Positions 26,569-37,129 of a DNA stretch of 64,000 bases are shown here, piece by piece. Position 1 is the stretch's first letter. The number at the start of each line of letters is the position of its first letter. The DNA lies in the NCBI GenBank assembly GCA_043228905.1, contig JBHGNT010000022.1, positions 4,526,001 through 4,590,000 of the forward strand, read 5' to 3'. Source of the DNA: Azolla caroliniana. Its lineage: Eukaryota > Plantae > Polypodiophyta. A program made the position numbers and the translations under genes. The notes beneath the pieces were generated by a model. That model was not told the origin of the DNA. It worked only from the letters and a program-made list of their open reading frames with translations, and did no database searches.

Positions 26569-26938
26569 TGTGATGAACAATTGGAAGACAAGGAGATGGG
26601 GAAGTTGATGAGACAGAGAGATGTGGAAGTTGACGACAATGAGTGAGAATATCTATTCCATGATTGGTTTTGATCTCCTTGATGTTAACAAGGGAGATCA
26701 AACCTTTTTATACAAGTGATGCATGCTAAGTATGCTCATACTTGCATGCCAAGTCATACATACTCAGTCTTACATATTATAATATCAAGCATGCTAATAC
26801 CTGCATGCCAAGTCATACATAGTGAGTCTTACATATTACCCTTTATACAAAGATTAAAGTCTAAAGTTTTCCTAGGAGAAATATATATATATATATATAC
26901 AAGGACATAGGTTCAAGTTCGAGTTGATGTTCATGACA
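26569..26938 (-). repeat. 3' LTR of chromovirus C
   Basis: Terminal inverted repeat tgtcatgaac...gttcatcaca; follows PPT. Confidence 0.7.
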
Positions 26939-29602
26939 TTATCCTCCCCTTAAGCTCCAACTTCAAGAAGATGCGGGTTTGTGAGGATATCGGAGATGAA
27001 AATCATGAACCACTTTCGGGGCATTGAGTAAATTTTTTGGGGGCTCCCATGTGGCCTCAGAGACAGGATATCCTTTCCACAATACCAGATACTGGAGCTT
27101 CTGTAGGCTCTTACGTGGGTGTAGAATGGTTTCAACTTCATACTCATTCCCGGTCGCCAATGCCATAGGGGGTGGTGGCTTGATGCTTCTTCCTAGAATT
27201 GAGGATGGATGGTAGAGCTCAAGAAGTGATGGGTGAATTCAATAGTGTGATGGAAGTGCAAGACGGAAAGCTACGGGGTTGACTTTGTCAATGATTCAGA
27301 ACGGACCCAATTTTTTGTAATCAAGTTTGTTGCATGGACGAGTTGTCGGAATATGCCAACATTATAGCTAGACCATGTCACCAACTTTAAAACTAGGTGC
27401 AGACTACCAATGTCGATTAACTGTCTCTTTGTGTCGTTCTTGAGCAATGGAGAGTTCGTGATAGGTCATGATGTACTTCTTTCATCAGACGAGCTTTTGC
27501 AACGCCAAAATGTCCAGCTAGGGCATGACATTCCTTCAAGATACGGATATGACAAGGACCATCTGGGACATATATTAAGTTGTACTGAAAAAGAAAACCA
27601 TCCGGAAACATAAATTGGTTATGAACATTCTGTACCTCACATATGGCCAAGTTGTTGAGATTCTCCCTAATCTCTTTTGCAAATTTATCGGTGATAGTAT
27701 TTGTGGCTATAACATTGAGTAATGATTCATCCATGGCCATATAAGCTGCAAAGAGTTGAATTTGATGTGGTTGTAGGAGACAATGTGATTGTTGATTGTA
27801 GGCTGCATCCCTTGGCCGAATTTCGAATTTCGAACTTTGAGATAGGGCATTTGCTTTACCATGTTGGGCACCAGGATGAAAAACAATTTTAAAGTCGTAA
27901 TCGGCCAGAAAGGTCGACCGTCACACTTGCCTTTGGTTCAAAATGTGAGTAGTGGTGAAGTAGACAAGGTTCTTGTGATCGGTCACCACTTGGACACGGT
28001 GTTGGGTGACTGCCAAGTAAGGACACCATTCTTCAAAGGTGACAATAATGGCAGAGAGTTCTTTGTCGTAAATTGGATAGTTGATCTCGAGGTGTGTGAA
28101 CGTCCTAGAATAAAAGGCAACAGGATGAAGGATCCCATATTTAATTGATTGAGGGAGAATGGCACCGATGGTGAAGTTAGAGGCATTAGTTTCAATCGTA
28201 AATGGTTTGGTCAGATATGGGTGGAGAAGTATCGGAGCCAAGGTAAAAGCTTTCTTTAGTGTCTCGAATGCCAGTTGAGTTGTTGGAGTCCAACAAAAAG
28301 GGGAATCCTTCTAAGTGAGTGTTATAATTGGTTGCGCCAATGTAGAGAATCCTTGAATGAATAGACGATAGAAGTTGGAAAAACCCAAAAATGATTACAC
28401 AACCTTGACCCTCGTGGGGGCTTCCCACTCTTCAACAGTTGCGACTTTCTTCTTGTCCATAGTGCCATAGTGAGACCATCAAATGAAATGACATACCCGA
28501 GGAATTCAACTGAGGTTCGATCAAACTCACACTTCTTGGGTTTGGCATAAAGCCCATGTTCCCAAAGTTTGGACAGGATAAGTCAGACATGCTTGGTGTG
28601 CTCTATGTAGTCCTGTGAGAAGATAGATGACCACGAATTGGTTTAGATATTCTCAGAAGATGTCGTTCATCATATGTTGAAAAATGGTAGGAGCATTTGT
28701 GAGACAAAATGGCATTACCACATATTCAAAATGCCCGTAATGAGACCATCTAATGGTTCAGATATTCTTGGAAGATGTCGTTCATCATATGTTGAAAAAC
28801 GGTAGGAGCATTTGTGAGACCAAATGGCATTACCATGTATTCAAAATGCGACTTTCTTCTTGTCCATAGTGAGACCATTAAATGAAATGACATACTCGAG
28901 GAATTCAACTAAGGTTTGATCAAACTCACACTTCTCAGGTTTGGCATAAAGCCCTTGTTCCCGAAGTTTGGACAGGATAAGTCAGACATGCTTGTTGTGC
29001 TCTATGTAGTCCTGTGAGAAGATAAGTATGACATCGAGATAGATGACCATGAATTGGTTCAGATATTCTCGAAAGATGACGTTCATCATATGTTGAAAGA
29101 TGATAGCAGCAGCATTTGTGAGACCAAATGGCATTACCATGTATTCAAAATGCTTGTACCTGGTTCGAAATGTCGTTTTCGACTCATCTCCAGGCTTGAT
29201 ACGCACCAAGTCGGTTGACGAGTTTGAGAATTAGAGGTAGTGGATAGCGATTTTGAACGGTGACTCGATTGAGCCCATGATAGTTGATACGAAAGCGTAA
29301 TGTTCCATCTTTCTTTTTGACAAATAGGATAGGAGAGCCAACTGGAGATTTTGAGTGGCGAATGAATCCCTTTGCAAGATTCTCTTCAATGTATCTTTTG
29401 AAGACCTTGAGTTCAGGTTTAGATAACCCATAGATAGGGCCAAAAGGAGGACAAGCACCATCTTTCAAGTCAATTGGACAATTGTATGGGCGATGTTCAT
29501 GTAGACAATCAACATTTTTCTTCTCAAATACATCAGCGAAATCATTATATTTTTATGGAAAAGAGCTAGTACATAGGGTAGTGTCTAGAGCTAGTACATA
29601 GG

Positions 29603-29670
29603 ATATTCTAGAACGTTCTAGACAATAGAGCACTCTAGAATATTCTAGAACATAGAGTATTCTAGAATAC
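29603..29670. promoter_or_regulatory. HSE arrays in the B2 3' LTR
   Basis: ttctagaacgttc; ctctagaatattctagaa; ttctagaa. Confidence 0.6.
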
Positions 29671-32102
29671 TTTATAATATTCTATATAGTTTATAAATTC
29701 TTTACACATAAATATATCCTTACAATGGTTAAGAACTCAACACATATATAACAAGGTTGGGGGTTTGATTCCTTGTAAATCCAAATCGTATGTAAGTGTC
29801 ATCATGACACTATCCCCCTTCTTTGACGACCCGTATCACGGGTCGCATGGGTTGAACTAGGACCTGGCTTATGAGGATATTGTCGATGAAATTCGGTGAC
29901 CATGTCCGCAGCCTTGACAAGATTTGTTGCAGGTTCCCAAGTTCGATCATTGGGTGTATAGCCTAACCAATTGACCAAGTAATACAACTTGTTGCGCACG
30001 ATCTTGGAATCGAGAATGACAACAAACTCAAATTCCAGTCCTTCCAAAAACTCTACAGGTGGTGGGGGAGTTGTAAGACGGCCCGAAATTGAACTTGTGG
30101 TGTAAGGTTCAAGAAGGGAGACATGAAATACGGGGTGAAGATGCATGTGAGGAGGGAGGCCAAGAGGAAATGCAACATCGCTTATCTTACCCGTGATCTC
30201 GTACGGGCCAAACCGTTGCTAATCTAATTTACCACAAGGCCTAGTGGTCTTGATGTTGTGTTGTAGAAGCCATACATGATCCCCGACATGAAACGTTTCT
30301 GAGGAGTCTAAGCGATGATGGTCTGCAATCCTCTTGTATGTACTTTGAGCATCATGCAAATTGTGGAGAATGGTAGCGTGAATTTCTTGGAGATGACTAA
30401 GATTATCTGCAATAGCAGGGTTGATAGGAACTCCGGGGTGTTCAGTCATTGTCCAACGAGGATGCGAACCCATATTTGCGAAAAATGGAGAATATCCTAT
30501 AGACGAATGGACTGAGTTGTTATAAGCGAATTCAGCCAAGTGCAGAAAATCAACCCAATCATCTTGTTGATAGTTGATGAAACAACAAAGATATTGCTCC
30601 AAAGTCTGGTTGGTATGCTCGGTTTGACCATTAACCTCTGGATGATAGCCCGAAGAAAGTTTAGCCAAAATTCGGAAAAGTTTTAACATGTGCTTCCAGA
30701 ACTTTGAGATGAATTCTGGACCTCGATCACTCATAATATTGTCTCAGAGACCATAATGCTTGAATACCTCCCGCATAACTAGATTGATTGTCTCTTGACT
30801 AGTATAGACTTTGTACATGGCAAAAAATGTTGCATTTTGGTAAGTCGATCAACCATGGTCAGAATGGTATCAAAACCCCTCGAAACTGGGAGATCGGTAA
30901 TGAAATCCAAGGATATAGACTTTCAAGTAAACTATAGTGAAGATATCGAGAAAATCTTGAAAAATATCATTCGCCATATGCTAGAACACTGCATGCGCAT
31001 TTATGAGACCGAATTGCATCACGGTATACTCGAAATGTCCATAACGAGTGCGAAAAGCAGTTTTCCATTCATCCCTTAGACGAATCCGAACTAGATTGTA
31101 TGCACCGTGAAGGTCCAATTTTGTGAAATATTTTGCTCCACTGAGATGTTCCAAAAGATTTGAGATCAATGGTAGAGCATATCTATTCCGGATAGTCACT
31201 TTCTTCAGCCCTCGATAATCCACGACCAACCGATGAGACCCGTTTTTCTTCTTAACGAAGAAGAGGGGTGCACCAGCAAAGGATCTAGAATGCCGGATGA
31301 ATCCGTTTGCCAGATTCTCATCGATATATTCCCGCAAAGTCTCTAGCTCTACAGGTGAGAGATTATAAATTGGCCCCCATGGCAGTTCTTTCCCTGGTTG
31401 TAAGTCAATAGGGTAGTTGTATGGCCTATGCTTTGGTAGTAGTGTATTTGCCTTCACCTTATCAAAGAAGTCTGAAAACTCTTTGTATTTTTTTGGTAAT
31501 TGGACGTCCAACTCCGGTAAGATGGGTGATGGGCTTGATGGAGTTGCTACGATTGCAAATACGAACATGTCCTCGTTCCCCCCTTCCTCATGTAACCGAT
31601 GGAGAGAGATGGTTGATAACTTATGGGATCTAGTATCAAATATTGGAGTGTTGAGGGATGCGAGTGTAGTTCTTTTTTCTTGGGATTCCTCAATTGTTCT
31701 TTTCATCCAATCAATCTTCGGTTTATGTAGTTCAAACCAAGGAAGAGCTAGAACTAATGGGTGTTTTGGACTACGAATAATATTGAAAGAGATTATGCTT
31801 GCCAAATCACCAAGAACTACACGAATTGGCTCAGACTCTTCGACTATATCACCTAATGCTATGGGACGGCCATCGATGACTTCTATGGATACTGGGTTCG
31901 GGAGGTTATTCAAGAGGATGTTTTGTGTCAATGCAAACTGACGATCCATGAAAAAAGAGTTGGCTCTAGAATCTAAGAGGGCATAGGCTAGGACTCGATG
32001 ACATGTAGATGTGCTACGCTCAACTTGTGTAGAAAAAACTTGACTAACTTGATTTGATGAAATGGAACCATGACTAGGAACTAACTCTACATATTTAGGA
32101 TT

Positions 32103-32147
32103 GTCCAACCAAATGGCTCCTATTTTGGCCGGACTTACTCGTTTAAC
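32103..32147 (-). other. Putative -1 ribosomal frameshift signal, gag/pol junction of B2
   Basis: G TTA AAC GAG TAA then 11-bp stem GTCCGGCCAAA/TTTGGTTGGAC; the -1 frame is continuous with ORF 30981-32108. Confidence 0.65.
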
Positions 32148-33331
32148 ACATCCTCTAATTGGCTCAAGACATCGAATCTATTCTCATGGCATGGACTACT
32201 AGGCTTACTCAAGTGATTAGAAGTAATAATGGAGTTTGAAGTAGGGTTGTCTTGTGCACTTACTTGGTATGCTTGACGTCTAGGTTTATGCAGACAATTC
32301 ATAGCTATATGTCCACAATATAGACATAAGTGGTGTGCTCAATGTTGTTGCTTCTCAACATCCGATAAGGGCCCCCGACGTTGTTTTGACTCTTTTTCCA
32401 TTGGAGTTGGGACATCCCTCGTGATGGGTCTAGAAACTTGTGGAGGCGTTGCGACTATAGAAGCGTACGTTTGTTCCGGTTGACAACGCAACATTTGTTG
32501 GCGCTCCGAGCGTCGCTCAAATAGGCGATTACCACATCGCACAGCTCGACTAATTGCCTCTGTAAGAGATTTTAGAGCTTCATGAAAGGTAAGAAGAAGA
32601 TCTTTGACATCATTACGCACACCTTGATGGAATTGATCCATTAGAGCCGTCTCATCCCAAGGGATATCGCATGCCAAGAGACAGAAATCGGTTGCGTAAG
32701 TCGACGCGGGACAATCTCCTTGTCGGAGCCTTAGAATCTTGTTTATTGCCGTCCTAGTGTTGTCGATATCTCCGAAGCTAGCTTGAAACTCCTCAACAAA
32801 CGCCTCAAAATCCTCCAACAATGGTGATTTCTTCTCGAGGAGTGGTGCAAACCATCCTAGTGTTGTATCTCTTAGCAAGGTTCCTATTAATCTCACACAA
32901 GCAGCTTCCGTTGGGTATTGATTGGGATGTAATTGAATAACCAAATGTACTTGATTCAAAAAGCCTCGTAATAGAGACCTCGTACCATCAAACTTAGCAG
33001 GGAGGCTAATCTTCGGTTTTTTGGGGTAGTTTTGAACCCCCAATGCTTGTTCTCGTAATGCTAATACAGTAGCCTCAAGTTGGCGAACTCGTTGTGACAA
33101 CTCTTCATATTATTGCGCTTTCTCGGTACTCACATGTTGTAGGTCCCCGAGTAGTCTTTGATTTTCTTGCTCTAGTGCCACAAATTTATTCGTGAGCATG
33201 TCGACCTCAGAAAGGACACGCATATATTCTTGTTTGTTCATGGACTCCATATCTTACGAGGGAAGAGGAAAAAAAAGAAGGAAACTTATTAAGGTTCTTG
33301 GAAGAGAAAGAAATGAGGGAGGAAAGAAAAT

Positions 33332-33341
33332 TTTGGTTCAA
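33332..33341 (-). other. Non-tRNA primer-binding site (TTGAACCAAA) complementary to the element's own R region
   Basis: Lies 2 nt after the LTR-terminal CA; exact reverse complement of TTTGGTTCAA at 33515-33506. Confidence 0.7.
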
Positions 33342-33343
33342 AC

Positions 33344-33346
33344 TGT

Positions 33347-33436
<90 letters not shown>

Positions 33437-33801
33437 GTAAATATAATGTATTGCACTAGAAGATGGAATACAATGAGTAAACAACAAGGGAACTCTAGAA
33501 TGGCGTTGAACCAAATTGGTTCATCCCTTATTATTAGATGCGTATTTATAAGTCTTAATAGGGTATTCTAGAAAGTCCTCGAATAAAGATTATGCTAGGA
33601 TATTCTAGAACGTTCTAGGCAATAGAACACTCTAGAATATTCTAGAACATTGAGTACTCTAGAATACTTTATAATATTCTATATAGTTTATAAATTCTTT
33701 ACACATAAATATATCATTACAATGGTTAAGAACTCGACAACAACAAGGTTGTGGGTTCGATTCCTTGTAAACCCAAATCGTATGTAAGTGCCATCATGAC
33801 A
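33344..33801 (-). repeat. 5' LTR of chromovirus B2, including HSE arrays (33566-33665), TATA (33550-33543) and a (GA)n tract
   Basis: TGTCATG...TTGACA; 33596-33801 nearly identical to 29599-29809. Confidence 0.85.
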
Positions 33802-35330
33802 CCACCATGTTCCTAGAACTAGAAATGGATGCAATAATACTGCATCACTTACCCGAGGAAGAGTGGAAATTGTTTCCGAAGCCAACGCGGGAGTAACTAT
33901 CGATGCAATTTCTATGGGACCAATTGTTGACACGGTTCTCGTTGAAGAGGAAATGAGAGTGACCACTAACGTGGTCCTCAACGGAGCAGAAATGGGAGTT
34001 GCCCACGAAACATGAGTGGGAGCATCCATTGATGCGGTCCTCACAGAAGTAGGTGGCCAAACAAATGTCGGAGCATTGGTTCGAAGAAGAGTGGAAGCGA
34101 TTCCTTGTGGGTGAGAATTTGAGGTGAAGTTGATGGAGCGAGATCGCCAATCCACGATTGGATTGTGAGTCTCAAGCCATGATAGCCTCAAGAAGATAGG
34201 ATGATATGATGAGGTTAAAAATGATTTCTTCTTGGTGGACTCCTATGTGGAGCCTGAAGGGGATTATTGTATCTATGATTGCACCAAAAGAGAGCGTTCA
34301 GTCGTTGATTACTTCAACTAGAATCGGGAGAAATATTTTGTTGCTTGGAATGTTGTGTGTTCAACACGTTCGCGTTCACAAGTGGAAGGATAAGGAATAT
34401 TCCATTTGATTTTGGGGTTTTTTTGTCATTTCACAAAAGACCTTGATACTGGTATCACATGTTCTCTAAAACTTGATGAAAAAGTTGAAAATTTCACCAT
34501 TTGGTAAAATTGAAAAAATCCAAAATTTTGGTCAAATACGAAAAGTAACTTTGTATATTTTTAAAGAAAAATGACAACTAATAAGTTTTTAGATCTTAAA
34601 GAAATCAAAAGCAGAGGATTTCAAAACAATGAATGTTTTTATTTCATTCGATAAAATGTCGTCTAAATTTGTTACACATAATTGCACAACAAATACATTT
34701 GGGAGTTATTTGCGTAAATATCATCATTCTTTTCATGAGAATCACTACTATAGATAATATACAATTGTGAATCTTCCTCCTCATTTTCAAATGTACCAAT
34801 CAAATCATTGTCTTCACCAAATGGTGTCTCCAAATTGTGTGCAGTAAATCTTCTTCACCTTCAATTTGAGATATCTTCTAGACTTGGTAATATCTCTTTT
34901 ATTATGTATATCGTTGTTGTCCTTAAACATCCAACATTTGTCAATGTAAAGTCATACACAATGATATCCACCTAACTAATGTCAATGATAGATGTATTAC
35001 AAAGGTTTAATGCATCATCACATCCAAAACTTTACCAATGCAGAATTGGTACCCTAGCTCATGACCATCTACATGTGTAGTTATTAATATCCTCACCTTG
35101 AGTTCTTGCAAGTTTCCTTGTCACCTAAGTTATGCTCGTGTTGTCATCCTTTGTTCCACATAAATGTTTCTCTATTGTAGATGAACCAAACTATGAAGAT
35201 CAACATTAAGTGCTTGAAGTGGTGATTGAAAACCACGATAATACTTTATAGAGCATGTAAATGACATTTGCAAAGGTGAATTACCATCAACACAATTATT
35301 AATGGTTTTTTGTTAATCAATGATGCACAT

Positions 35331-35766
35331 TGTTACCGATTAGGAACACGATCTACGGTCAGTCCTTCGACCTAGACCTCCAAGTGACTGTGAGACAACG
35401 AACGGTGGTGTCTGTGCATAATACATAGTGGGATGTTCCCCGTAACCTAGCAGCGTGCAAGGGAGACGGCTACAACCGAACTCCTTAATAGTGGCTACAC
35501 ACTCACGTTGCTTAGTTCTACACTCTTAGGTATTACAGACACACAATAGATTAGTCGTAGCTATACATAGATATCAGAGAAGATAGAATTCTATTACGAT
35601 ACGCTTCTTTTCATTCCAAAATTACACGTTGCCTCTATCAAAGGTTTTCTGCCCTTTATATACGCAGGGTCTTTTAGTCGTTCACACTTCCCGCGTGAAC
35701 CGTTACATGCGTTACAATCTTATATTATTCCCTATTCCTGCACTCTTGGTATCTTGTTATGCAACA
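35331..35766 (-). mobile_element. Solo or partial LTR related to the gypsy A2 LTR
   Basis: tgttaccgattaggaacacg..ccttcgacctagacctc and gtcgttcacacttcccgcgtga are reverse complements of 10265-10665; right boundary uncertain; no TSD found. Confidence 0.75.
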
Positions 35767-35874
35767 TACTTCTTTGCACTATCGATATGCATCTTTTTCT
35801 CTTCTTAAAACAAAGATTTTAGTACGATTCAAGTTCAAGTTTAAAAAACTTCTTTTATTTGAAAAACAAGAAGA

Positions 35875-36385
35875 TTTTTAAACATAATCGAGTTGATGTA
35901 AAAAACAAAGTTTTCATCATAATTCCATACAATGTATTGAATTCATGTTGAAAGTTTTTTTTACCAAATTTGAAAATAAAATAAAAAAGTAAGTTGAGCT
36001 TGAGTTCATATAAAAACCAGATTTTTCATCACAATTCAATACAATGTATCGAGTTCATGTTTAAAGTAATTTTTTCTAATTTTTTTTCAATTTTTTTCAA
36101 ATGTTTTAATTTTTTTCAATTTATTTTTTATTTTTTCCAATTTTGTTTATGGAAAAGAAAAATTAACATGAATTCGATACATTGTATCGACTTGTGATGA
36201 AAACTCTGGTTTTTTCATTATTTATTAAAGCTCAAAATAAAGATTCAAAATAAAAACAAAAAACCAAAATAAATAGAAAAAAAGCAATTTTTTTAACAAA
36301 CCCAAAAAAAAAACTTTAAACATAAACTCGATACAATGCTTTTCAACACGAACTCGATACATTGTATCGAGTTCATGTTGAAAAA
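35875..36385. repeat. AT-rich foldback region with repeated palindromic motif GAA(C/T)TCGATACA-T-TGTATCGAGTTC
   Basis: Motif variants at about 35922, 36032, 36168 and 36340; inverted arms 36011-36062 / 36165-36214. Confidence 0.7.
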
Positions 36386-37129
36386 TATGTTACTTGGACA
36401 GAAGATGATACGCACTTGAGCTTTAATGGAAGCTTTGTTACTTCGTTCTCTCTGTAACTCTACATTCAGAGATTAAAGATACAAGAAGATTATTGTTACA
36501 ACGTTAGGTTATTGCTTATATACTAAGCCCTAACTATTTGGACGTGTTCACACTAGTAAGGATACAAATTGGAAGGAGTGGGCCTTTTATGCCAACAAAC
36601 TCCCACATAAAAGATTTACTCTTTCTACTTACAATTGTATGGCGTTATCTCCCCCATAAACCTAAATTACAATTTTAATCTAAAGTTGGTATATAGTCGA
36701 GTATGCAAAGGTAAAGTTGGTATCTAGCTTGATTCGGTTGGTCATCCAGATCGGTTTGTTTGAGTTGGTCAGATCAACATACCTTCTGCTCTTGGTTCGA
36801 CTTTCTCCTGCTTGGTCGCTTGTTGCAGTCCCATCTTTATCCTCACTGCTCTGAAGCATTCATATGGGAGTGACTTCGTCAGGCAATCAACGATGTTCAC
36901 CTCACTGTCGATCTTCCGGACTTCAAGCTTCTTCTCGGTTACTAGCTCCCAAATATGATGATATTGCACCTCAATGTGCATTGTCTTCGCATGATAGACA
37001 GGATTATTGACAAGGTGTATTGTGTTGTGTGAGTCGGAGTAGATGGTTGGCGTTGGTCAATCGATTCGGCTCGTAGCTGAGAAGTCGGCAGTCAGTCGGT
37101 GCAACCAGATTGCTTCCTTCGCTACCTCC

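Larger units (their letters stand above)
29599..33801 (-). mobile_element. Chromovirus family B copy 2, with internal RT/RH/IN deletion and truncated 3' LTR
   Basis: 5' LTR 33344-33801; gag 33250-32135 (PKISLPAKFDG..); protease/RT 30981-32108; deletion junction about 30925; integrase 30219-30920; chromodomain 29802-30146; PPT 29810-29824; 3' LTR remnant 29599-29809. Confidence 0.9.
26569..34400 (-). mobile_element. Chromovirus family C, heavily deleted and internally duplicated, interrupted by B2 (29599-33801)
   Basis: Protease remnant 33802-34400 (LSWLETHNPIVDW); RT 28440-29550; RNase H 27921-28241; chromodomain EYEVETIL..YLVLWKGYPVSEATWEP 26963-27166; PPT aggggaggataa; 3' LTR 26569-26938. 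Confidence 0.8.
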
